Positions 17,879 through 24,632 of a stretch of DNA of 24,772 bases are shown one piece after another (position 1 is the first letter of the stretch; the number at the start of each line of letters is the position of its first letter). The DNA is from a virus. Its lineage: Duplodnaviria > Caudoviricetes. Where the stretch lies: the IMG/VR virus record IMGVR_UViG_3300049737_000287, positions 1 through 24,772 of that record, one strand, 5' to 3'. The notes below the pieces were generated by a model. That model searched no databases and was not told the origin of the DNA. It was given only the letters and a program-made list of their open reading frames with translations. The translations under genes were made by a program, and so were the position numbers.

Positions 17879-18556
17879 ATGGAATTTTCTGACAATACAA
17901 TGACAATATTTAAAAATTTTGCTGATATAAATCAAAATATATTAGTACAAGAAGGTACAAAATTAAAAACAATTCATGAAGCTCGTAACGTATTAGCAAT
18001 TGCACAAGTTGATGATACATTCCCTAAAGATTTTGGAATATACGATTTAAGTGAATTTATTGGTGTTACTAATTTAGTAGATAAACCAAATCTTTCTTTC
18101 GAAGATGAATACGTAACAATTAGTGATTCTACTGGTAGAAGTAAAATTAAATATTTTTATTCATCTCAAGATACTCTTACAACTCCATCTAAAGATATTG
18201 TTATGCCCGAAGGTGAAGTTAAATTTAAATTAGAATCAGCAGTTTTAGATAAAATAAAAAGAGCAGCGTCAACTTTAGGACATACCGAAGTATCAATAGC
18301 TAATAGTGATGGATCAATAAAAATATCTGTTATTGATAGTCAAAATAGTACTTCAAATACTTTCTCTATTGATATACCTGGTGAATATACAGAAGGTACA
18401 AACTTTAATTTTATTTTAAATATAAGTAATCTAAAAATAATACCAGATGATTATGACGTAGAAATATCATCTAAATTAATATCACAATTTTCTAATCCAA
18501 GAATGAATGTTCAATACTGGATAGCATTAGAAAAGTCATCAACGTTTGGAGTATAA
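17879..18556 (+). CDS. gp45: Sliding clamp
   Basis: KNFA.INQ.I, FP.DFGIYDL.EF and Y.IALE motifs; located between gp46 and gp44. Confidence 0.93.
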   Translation: MEFSDNTMTIFKNFADINQNILVQEGTKLKTIHEARNVLAIAQVDDTFPKDFGIYDLSEFIGVTNLVDKPNLSFEDEYVTISDSTGRSKIKYFYSSQDTLTTPSKDIVMPEGEVKFKLESAVLDKIKRAASTLGHTEVSIANSDGSIKISVIDSQNSTSNTFSIDIPGEYTEGTNFNFILNISNLKIIPDDYDVEISSKLISQFSNPRMNVQYWIALEKSSTFGV

Positions 18557-18557
18557 C

Positions 18558-18815
18558 ATGGCAAAAGAAGTAGAAACAACTGAAAACGTAGATACGGTTG
18601 ATACAAATATCGATACTGTAACTGCAAAAGAAAAAGTTATTCAAGATTTAGCAAACAAATCTTGTAGAAGTATGGTAGCCGTCATAGATGCCATGTGCCA
18701 ACGTGGTGCATTTAAAGGAGAAGAGCTTTCTACAATTGGTGGATTAAGAGATCAATGTATACAGGTTATACAAGGTGTAGAAGAATTAGAACAGGAAAAA
18801 GCTCTTAATTCTTAA
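18558..18815 (+). CDS. Hypothetical protein
   Basis: GGAG RBS before ATG 18558 (preferred over the track's 18546); motif VIDAM.QRGAFKGEELS.IG.LRD. Confidence 0.75.
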   Translation: MAKEVETTENVDTVDTNIDTVTAKEKVIQDLANKSCRSMVAVIDAMCQRGAFKGEELSTIGGLRDQCIQVIQGVEELEQEKALNS

Positions 18816-18817
18816 TA

Positions 18818-18846
18818 TGTACTTTCTATTTGAAATGTGTTATAAT
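18818..18846 (+). promoter_or_regulatory. Sigma70-type promoter for gp44
   Basis: Intergenic TGTACT-17 nt-TATAAT with an extended -10 TG. Confidence 0.7.
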
Positions 18847-18863
18847 TATATTATGGAGAAAGT

Positions 18864-19802
18864 ATGTCAAATGATTTTTTATGGGTTGAAAAGTATCGTC
18901 CGAAAACGATAAACGATACTTTATTACCGAAAGATTTAAAAGAACAGTTTCAAAAAGTTATTGAAACAGGCGAGTTACAGAATATGTTACTCACCGGCAC
19001 GGCTGGTCTAGGTAAGACTACAGTCGCTAAAGCTATTTGTAACGAGCTTAATTTAGATTATATTGTTATAAATGGTTCTGAAGAAGGTAATATTGATATA
19101 TTACGAGGTAAGATAAAACAGTTTGCAAGTTCAGTATCTTTGCAAGGTGGAATAAAGGTTGTCATTCTTGATGAAGCAGATTATCTTAATCCTCAATCGA
19201 CACAACCGGCACTTCGTGGATTTATCGAAGAATTCGCGAATAATTGCAGATTCATTTTAACTTGTAATTTTAAGAATAGAATTATCTCACCGCTACATTC
19301 TCGTTGCGCAGTTTATGAGTTTAATACTAATAAACAAATATTAAGTGAGCTTTGTCCGGATTTTTTAAAAAGATGTGAATCAATATTATCAGAAAATAAT
19401 ATCACATATAATAAAATGATGATTGCTGATTTAATACTAAAATTTGCTCCTGATTGGAGAAGAGTATTAAATGAATTACAAAAAAGTAGTACTACTGGAA
19501 CGTTCAGCTATAATTTCGGAAATACTAGCGGACATGACGCTTTTTCTAATTTATTGCAATTAATAAAAGATAAAAATTTTAAATCTATGCGTCAATGGGT
19601 ATCGAATAATATTGATACTGATGCTTCATATATATTTCGTGGAATATATGATAATATGTCAGATCATATTTCTCCGCAAAGTATTCCTCAAGTAGTTCTT
19701 ATATTAGCAGATTATCAATATAAGAATGCATTTGTAGCAGATCATGAATTAAATGTTGTGGCCTGTTTAACTGAAATTATGGCAAACGTGGAGTTTAAAT
19801 AA
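18864..19802 (+). CDS. gp44: Clamp loader AAA+ subunit
   Basis: LWVEKYRP, G.AG.GKTT, INGS, ILDEAD, QPALRGFIEEF and PLHSRC motifs. Confidence 0.97.
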   Translation: MSNDFLWVEKYRPKTINDTLLPKDLKEQFQKVIETGELQNMLLTGTAGLGKTTVAKAICNELNLDYIVINGSEEGNIDILRGKIKQFASSVSLQGGIKVVILDEADYLNPQSTQPALRGFIEEFANNCRFILTCNFKNRIISPLHSRCAVYEFNTNKQILSELCPDFLKRCESILSENNITYNKMMIADLILKFAPDWRRVLNELQKSSTTGTFSYNFGNTSGHDAFSNLLQLIKDKNFKSMRQWVSNNIDTDASYIFRGIYDNMSDHISPQSIPQVVLILADYQYKNAFVADHELNVVACLTEIMANVEFK

Positions 19803-19987
19803 TGGTTGTAAAAGATGGTCCTTTAAAACAGGCTATTAATGCAGAAGATTCTAGTATTATTAAACAAGAATTAATAACTTATAGAGTTATTGACAGTGTT
19901 CTAACAAAAGAAACTGTAGACAGAAGATTTTATGGTAGTGGTGATTATATTGATTCAACTTCATATGAACCATTAATGAGGATGTAA
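19802..19987 (+). CDS. Small hypothetical protein
   Basis: 61 aa with TAATG coupling on both sides. Confidence 0.7.
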   Translation: MVVKDGPLKQAINAEDSSIIKQELITYRVIDSVLTKETVDRRFYGSGDYIDSTSYEPLMRM

Positions 19988-20406
19988 TGCCACATAGAAC
20001 TGAAGCAAAATTATTTGAGTGGGGTAAATTCATATCTCATGCTGGTAATGAATTAAATTTTAAATTAGAATGCGATGCTATATCACCAGAAGAATGGGAT
20101 TGTTTAGCCAGTATGATAATGCAATATCAAGATATGCCTTTTAGATCAGTTGAAGGAATACCTCGTGGCGGTATACCACTTGCTAAAGCATTAGAAAAGT
20201 ATGCCACTGGAAAAGAAGAACATCAACCTATGATTGTTGATGATATTTACACAACAGGTAAAAGTTTTCAGGATTATATGGAAAAACATTATCCTGGTAC
20301 TCTTCACGCCTGGGGACATAAATGGGTAGTGTTTCAGAGAGGACCAACAATGTGGAATGACATCGGTGTTGTGAAATCACTTTTTAAATTATACGGAGTT
20401 GAATAG
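19987..20406 (+). CDS. Short type I phosphoribosyltransferase (PyrE-like fold, substrate uncertain)
   Basis: GIPRGGIPLA and the PRPP-binding motif MIVDDIYTTGKS; the N-terminal FISHAG..LNFKLECD segment resembles the PyrE hood. Confidence 0.8.
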   Translation: MPHRTEAKLFEWGKFISHAGNELNFKLECDAISPEEWDCLASMIMQYQDMPFRSVEGIPRGGIPLAKALEKYATGKEEHQPMIVDDIYTTGKSFQDYMEKHYPGTLHAWGHKWVVFQRGPTMWNDIGVVKSLFKLYGVE

Positions 20407-21536
20407 TGCTTATTGAAAATGAAATAAAATTAGATTATAAAGATGTATTATTCAAACCTAAAAGATCTACATTAACAAGTAGGCAACAAGTAGATTTATT
20501 TAGAACAATAGAATTTAGAAACGCAAAAGGGTGCGATAGAAGATTTTATGGTATACCAATAATTGCTTCAAATATGGACGGTGTTGGCACTTTTGAAATG
20601 GCAACCAAATTACGCAAATCTGGTTTAATGACTTGTTTAGTTAAAACATATTCTCAAAGTGAATTAGTAGAATATTTTGACAGTGATAGTGAATCAGTTT
20701 CTAATTACACTATTATGTCTATTGGTGCGACAAAAGAAGATTTTAAAAAAATAAAAAATGTTTATGAATTGACAGATGGAAAGGTTAAATACCTATGTGT
20801 AGATGTTGCTAACGGATATACTGAATTTTTTAGTCAATTTATTTACTCATTAAGAATACAATTTCCTGAACTTATTATCATGGCAGGAAATGTTGTAACT
20901 GGAGATATGACGCAGGAGCTTATTTTAAATGGGGCAGACGTTGTTAAATGTGGTATCGGGCCTGGTTCTGTTTGTACTACTCGTATACAGACTGGAGTCG
21001 GTTTCCCGCAACTCTCAGCGACCATTGAATGCGCTGACGCTGCTCATGGCCTTGGGGCTTCTATTATTGCTGATGGAGGCTGTACGACACCAGGTTGTGT
21101 CTCTAAGGCCTTGGGAGGAGGAGCGGACTTTGTCATGCTTGGAGGAATGTTCGCTGGTCACGACGAAGGTGGCGGAAAAGTAACAGAAAAAGAATATATC
21201 ACAAGTCAAGTTTGTAATGATAGTAATAAATCACAATTGTTTAATAGTGGTTCTGAAGCACACAGAAAAACTCGAATACATAAGACTATGCAATTTTATG
21301 GTATGAGTTCTACTTTAGCCAATGAAAAACATTTTGGTGGTTTAAAAGATTATAGAGCATCAGAAGGTAAAGAAGTTGAAATTAATTATAAAGGAAATAT
21401 AAAAAACACTTTACAAGATTTGTTAGGTAGTATAAGATCAACTTGTACATATATTGGTGCTAAACGTCTTAAAGATATTCCAAAATGCACAACTTTTGTA
21501 AGATGTAGTGATACGCATAATAGGGTTTACGAATAA
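20406..21536 (+). CDS. guaC: GMP reductase (type 1)
   Basis: KLDYKDVL.KPKRSTL.SR..VDL, PIIA.NMD.VGTFEMA, DVANGY, catalytic GIGPGSVCTTR, FYGMSS and YRASEGK motifs; no CBS domain; GTG start overlapping the PRTase stop. Confidence 0.92.
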   Translation: MLIENEIKLDYKDVLFKPKRSTLTSRQQVDLFRTIEFRNAKGCDRRFYGIPIIASNMDGVGTFEMATKLRKSGLMTCLVKTYSQSELVEYFDSDSESVSNYTIMSIGATKEDFKKIKNVYELTDGKVKYLCVDVANGYTEFFSQFIYSLRIQFPELIIMAGNVVTGDMTQELILNGADVVKCGIGPGSVCTTRIQTGVGFPQLSATIECADAAHGLGASIIADGGCTTPGCVSKALGGGADFVMLGGMFAGHDEGGGKVTEKEYITSQVCNDSNKSQLFNSGSEAHRKTRIHKTMQFYGMSSTLANEKHFGGLKDYRASEGKEVEINYKGNIKNTLQDLLGSIRSTCTYIGAKRLKDIPKCTTFVRCSDTHNRVYE

Positions 21537-21560
21537 TATAAAATATGGTATAATAATAAT

Positions 21561-21941
21561 ATGAGTCCTTTTGATTTTTTAAATGAAATAAATTATGGTA
21601 AAAAAAATATCATGATTGATGATATTAGCGAAAAACAATATAATTCATTTATGGTTAATCGCGGTTTGTCTTACTTTAAAGATACTGCTGTAATTGCTAA
21701 TGAAATGAATATGAATCACCACCTAGATAATCGTTTACAATTTGATTTTCTTATAAATATTATAAGAAGAAAAAGACGGTTTTCGAAATGGAATAAACCA
21801 GAAACCGTGGATGACTTGGACGTTATTAAAGAGTATTATGGATATAGTAATAAACAAGCTAAAGCAGTTCATAATCTTCTTTCGTCTGATCAAATTGGAG
21901 AATTAAGAAAGAAGGTTTTTAAAGGTGGAAGAAAAAAATAG
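21561..21941 (+). CDS. gp62: Clamp loader small subunit
   Basis: PFDFL..IN, Y..FMVNRGLS, ANEMN, RFSKW and YYGYS..KA-like motifs; upstream of regA. Confidence 0.93.
   Translation: MSPFDFLNEINYGKKNIMIDDISEKQYNSFMVNRGLSYFKDTAVIANEMNMNHHLDNRLQFDFLINIIRRKRRFSKWNKPETVDDLDVIKEYYGYSNKQAKAVHNLLSSDQIGELRKKVFKGGRKK
21752..21759 (+). promoter_or_regulatory. Possible late promoter inside gp62 reading into regA
   Basis: Exact TATAAATA, overlapping a TTTACA-18-TATTAT element (21734-21763); lies within coding sequence, so it may be coincidental. Confidence 0.4.
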
Positions 21942-22341
21942 TATTATAGAGTGGAGTCCAAGCTCAATGCTGGAAGTTACTCTAAATGAACCAGATGATT
22001 TTTTAAAAGTTCGAGAAACACTTACGCGTATTGGTGTAGCTTCAAGAAAAGAAAATAAATTATTTCAATCTTGTCATATACTACATAAACAAGGCAGATA
22101 TTTCATAGTACACTTTAAAGAGTTATTTCTGTTAGATGGTAAAAAATCTAATTTAGAAGAAAATGACGTTGCGCGCAGAAATACAATTGCACAACTTATG
22201 AGTGATTGGGGTTTAATAACAATTGAAAATAGTAAACAATTAGAACAATTAGCTCCGATGAGACAAATTAAAATTATACCATTTAAAGAAAAAGATAAAT
22301 GGGAATTATGTCCGAAATATAATATAGGGAATAAGAATTGA
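21925..22341 (+). CDS. regA: Translational repressor RegA
   Basis: MLEV.L.EPDDFLKVRETLTRIG.AS, QSCHILHKQG.Y.IVHFKELF.LDG and WEL..KY.IG motifs; GTG start. Confidence 0.97.
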   Translation: MEEKNSIIEWSPSSMLEVTLNEPDDFLKVRETLTRIGVASRKENKLFQSCHILHKQGRYFIVHFKELFLLDGKKSNLEENDVARRNTIAQLMSDWGLITIENSKQLEQLAPMRQIKIIPFKEKDKWELCPKYNIGNKN

Positions 22342-22541
22342 ATGATGTGAAAAAAGCGGCTCAAGAACAGGCCGAAGAAGCTTTTGTTGGTTTTATAAAA
22401 TTTAGTAAATATATTGCATACGGAAGTATATTATTTTTATTAATTGTTGCAAGATGTAATTTTGGAGATGATGGTACTGGTGGTACTGGAAACCCAGACT
22501 TATATCCAGAATATTTGAAAAGGATGGGCGTTGATGAGTAA
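22338..22541 (+). CDS. Small single-pass membrane protein resembling aa3-type cytochrome c oxidase subunit IV (CtaH)
   Basis: Q...F.GFIK...Y....SI..L...A..N spacing matches the recalled Paracoccus/Rhodobacter subunit IV; carries an extra C-terminal tail. Confidence 0.6.
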   Translation: MNDVKKAAQEQAEEAFVGFIKFSKYIAYGSILFLLIVARCNFGDDGTGGTGNPDLYPEYLKRMGVDE

Positions 22542-22764
22542 TGAGCCATATAATAATGAAGGCTTTGCTTCTGCATATATAATGTTAATTTTTATAATGT
22601 TAATATTTCCAGCAATATTATTATTTTCATCTTTAGGTACCTGGAGTTTGTTTGTTCAAATGCATTTACCTGATGGTGATTGTTGGGAAAATGCTAAACA
22701 TGAAAAAGTATGTAAAGGTGAAGTTGATTGTAAATTTATGAGAAATTTTTGTACTAAATTATGA
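22534..22764 (+). CDS. Small membrane protein with a Cys-rich C-terminus
   Basis: One hydrophobic helix (AYIMLIFIMLIFPAILLFSSL) followed by four Cys; overlaps its neighbours; start at ATG 22534 or TTG 22531. Confidence 0.7.
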   Translation: MSNEPYNNEGFASAYIMLIFIMLIFPAILLFSSLGTWSLFVQMHLPDGDCWENAKHEKVCKGEVDCKFMRNFCTKL

Positions 22765-22979
22765 CAGATAAAAAAATAGTTTTTCTTGCCGATTTAATAG
22801 AACAAAAACTTCGTAAAGAAAAAGAAATAGAATATTATGAAAGTAAATTAAAAGAAATTACTAGTAAATTATTTTTCTTAAAAAAAGAACAAGATTTAAC
22901 TAATTTAATTATTAATATAATACAACACGAAAAGATAGTGGACATAAAAGAGTTTTTAACAGATGAAAAAAATATTTGA
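22761..22979 (+). CDS. Small hypothetical coiled-coil protein
   Basis: 72 aa, ATGA overlap, K/E/L/I heptad-like pattern. Confidence 0.7.
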   Translation: MTDKKIVFLADLIEQKLRKEKEIEYYESKLKEITSKLFFLKKEQDLTNLIINIIQHEKIVDIKEFLTDEKNI

Positions 22980-23382
22980 TAAATTACCAGATTTTTATTT
23001 AAGCCATTGGTTATTAAGAATACCATTAGCAATAGTTTTTATTCAACAAGGCTGGATGAAAATGCCTGTTAGCGCAGAAGAAGCTGCATCATACGATTTA
23101 TCATACATTGTTTGGTGGTTTGTAACTTATGGTGAGTTTTTATCAGGCGTAGGTTTATTAATAGGTGGTATCTTAACCTCTAATTGGATGTATAAAGAAA
23201 TGCCAGATTGGTTAGGAGACATGATTACTAGATTTAGTGGTATTACAATGTGTTGTATCATGACAGGTGTTATATGGGTTGGAGAGCCAGAAAGTTTAAT
23301 GGACGTAATCATATATGATAATTTACACGTTTTATTATGGGTTGGTGGATTGTTTTTTGCTTTAAGAGGCAATAGAGTATAA
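22963..23382 (+). CDS. DoxX-family membrane protein
   Basis: LLRIPLA.VFI.QG..K, then V.YGE...G.GLL.G and TR..G; about four hydrophobic segments. Confidence 0.75.
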   Translation: MKKIFDKLPDFYLSHWLLRIPLAIVFIQQGWMKMPVSAEEAASYDLSYIVWWFVTYGEFLSGVGLLIGGILTSNWMYKEMPDWLGDMITRFSGITMCCIMTGVIWVGEPESLMDVIIYDNLHVLLWVGGLFFALRGNRV

Positions 23383-23396
23383 TAGAGGAGGATATT

Positions 23397-23714
23397 ATGC
23401 ATTACGTATTATACGCATTGTTTATGATGCATCCAGAAAATACCAATGACTGGAGAATAACAGATAGACTGCAATTTCAAAATCAATACGAATGTCAAAA
23501 ATATTATAATACTTATACTAATGAATTAATAGGTGGATTAAGAGATTATATGTCTGCGAATCATGGACCGCCAGATGCAGGTAATTATACTTTACTTGAA
23601 GTTGGTTGTATGGTGCACGATGGAGTAAATCCAGCACTTCAAAAAAGATTTCCATTGCAAACAAATCCACAATTAGAATATTTTTTAAACATACCAAAAA
23701 AACACGATACTTAA
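23397..23714 (+). CDS. Hypothetical protein
   Basis: GAGGAGG RBS; 105 aa; F....EC...GC pattern. Confidence 0.75.
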   Translation: MHYVLYALFMMHPENTNDWRITDRLQFQNQYECQKYYNTYTNELIGGLRDYMSANHGPPDAGNYTLLEVGCMVHDGVNPALQKRFPLQTNPQLEYFLNIPKKHDT

Positions 23715-23728
23715 TTGTATATATAGTA

Positions 23729-23788
23729 ATAGGATGCCAAAGATGGGTCCTATATTTTAACCTTGCTACGTCATAGGAGGTAAACATG
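23729..23788 (+). promoter_or_regulatory. ROSE-like RNA thermometer in the hsp20 5' UTR
   Basis: Two hairpins; the second, ACCUU(G)CUA-cguca-UAGGAGGU, pairs the UUGCU motif with the Shine-Dalgarno sequence, leaving a bulged G. Confidence 0.75.
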
Positions 23789-24250
23789 ACTGGTACTTTT
23801 ATGTTCCCAAGGAACGCTTTTCTAGGTTTCGACCATTTATTCGATGAACTCGAAAGAGTCACAAATCACGCAAAAGATACATATCCACCACATAACGTTG
23901 TCAAAGACGGCGATATGAAGTATGATATTGAATTAGCAATTGCGGGTTTTTCAAAAAAAGATATATCAATAGAACTTAAAGATCATGTGCTCACCATCAC
24001 TGGAGATCGTGAAGCCAGAAGAGATCAAGACAAATATGTTCATAAAGGTATATCTGGTCGAAAATTTGTAAAATCGTTCAGGTTATCAGAGTACGCAGAA
24101 GTCAATGGTGCGGATTTGACGGATGGGATTCTTACTGTCAGTATAGAAGTAGTCCTACCGGAAAAGATGCGACCCCAGCAAATTTCAATTGGAACTGGGA
24201 GACAAACCAATGACAACAATAGTGCTCAACTACTCAACGAGTCTGCTTGA
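23786..24250 (+). CDS. hsp20: Small heat shock protein (Hsp20/IbpA-like)
   Basis: FLGFD.LF, YPPHN, IELAIAGF, Y.HKGIS.R.F...F.L and A.L.DGIL motifs; AGGAGG RBS. Confidence 0.95.
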   Translation: MTGTFMFPRNAFLGFDHLFDELERVTNHAKDTYPPHNVVKDGDMKYDIELAIAGFSKKDISIELKDHVLTITGDREARRDQDKYVHKGISGRKFVKSFRLSEYAEVNGADLTDGILTVSIEVVLPEKMRPQQISIGTGRQTNDNNSAQLLNESA

Positions 24251-24431
24251 AAGCCTATCAAAATCTTTAAAAAGTTTATTAATCAATCTGTATATCGGTT
24301 GGCAAAACGGTAGACAGAGATCTGTAAATAGAAATGTTGCAATACTCTTACTTAGACATGCTAAGTCTGATTATGCAAATGAAACTACAGATAGCTTAAC
24401 TGCTAGATTAAATGAGAAAATGGGTATTTAA
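24210..24431 (+). CDS. Hypothetical protein
   Basis: GGGAG RBS before ATG 24210 (preferred over 24189); overlaps the hsp20 3' end by 41 nt. Confidence 0.65.
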   Translation: MTTIVLNYSTSLLESLSKSLKSLLINLYIGWQNGRQRSVNRNVAILLLRHAKSDYANETTDSLTARLNEKMGI

Positions 24432-24581
24432 ATGAAAATATTAAAAAATATTTGGAATTATATAAGACCTAAATCTCAAAGAGAACTTCAAGAAGAATGG
24501 CTAGCTAGTTCGCATGACTTAGTTGAACTAGAAAAAAGACAAAAACAACTAATCAATCCTAATCTTAAGGGTTGGGTATAA
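24432..24581 (+). CDS. 49-aa protein, DUF3563-like (not in the ORF track)
   Basis: MKILKNIWNYIRPKSQRELQEEWLASSHDLVELEKRQKQLINPNLKGWV*. EE.L..S.DL.ELE.R...L is the recalled DUF3563 pattern. It fills the gap exactly. Confidence 0.65.
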   Translation: MKILKNIWNYIRPKSQRELQEEWLASSHDLVELEKRQKQLINPNLKGWV

Positions 24582-24584
24582 ATA
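24577..24584 (+). promoter_or_regulatory. T4-type late promoter for the endolysin
   Basis: Exact TATAAATA overlapping the upstream stop codon. Confidence 0.8.
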
Positions 24585-24610
24585 AAAGGGACAGGGAAAC
24601 TTGTCCCTTT
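24585..24610 (+). terminator. Terminator-like hairpin with a GAAA tetraloop
   Basis: AAAGGGACAGG-GAAA-CTTGTCCCTTT (11 bp including one G-U pair), followed by an imperfect U-tract. Confidence 0.7.
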
Positions 24611-24632
24611 AAATTTAACAGGAGATAGAAAT

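Noticed and set aside
18580-18622. Short GATAC repeats
   Set aside because: They encode a low-complexity VDTVDTNIDTV peptide; too short and degenerate to call a repeat element.
478-19802. Introns, inteins or homing endonucleases in common target genes (gp17, gp20, uvsW, gp46, gp44)
   Set aside because: All are of ordinary length with contiguous motifs; no intein or endonuclease signatures were seen.
20406-21536. IMP dehydrogenase (guaB) call
   Set aside because: KPKRSTL.SR, NMD.VGTFEMA, DVANGY and FYGMSS fit type 1 GMP reductase, and there is no CBS subdomain.
22420-22460. Lipoprotein lipobox (IVARC) or spanin in ORF 22338
   Set aside because: Arg at -1 violates the lipobox consensus, and the Cys is at residue 40, late for a signal peptide II.
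686-23862. Minus-strand and alternate-frame ORFs in the track (e.g. 686-1000, 3476-3874, 6230-6493, 7927-8265, 8985-9317, 20929-21183, 22074-22364, 23518-23862)
   Set aside because: They lie wholly or largely over well-supported + strand genes and show no recognisable motifs; treated as shadow ORFs.
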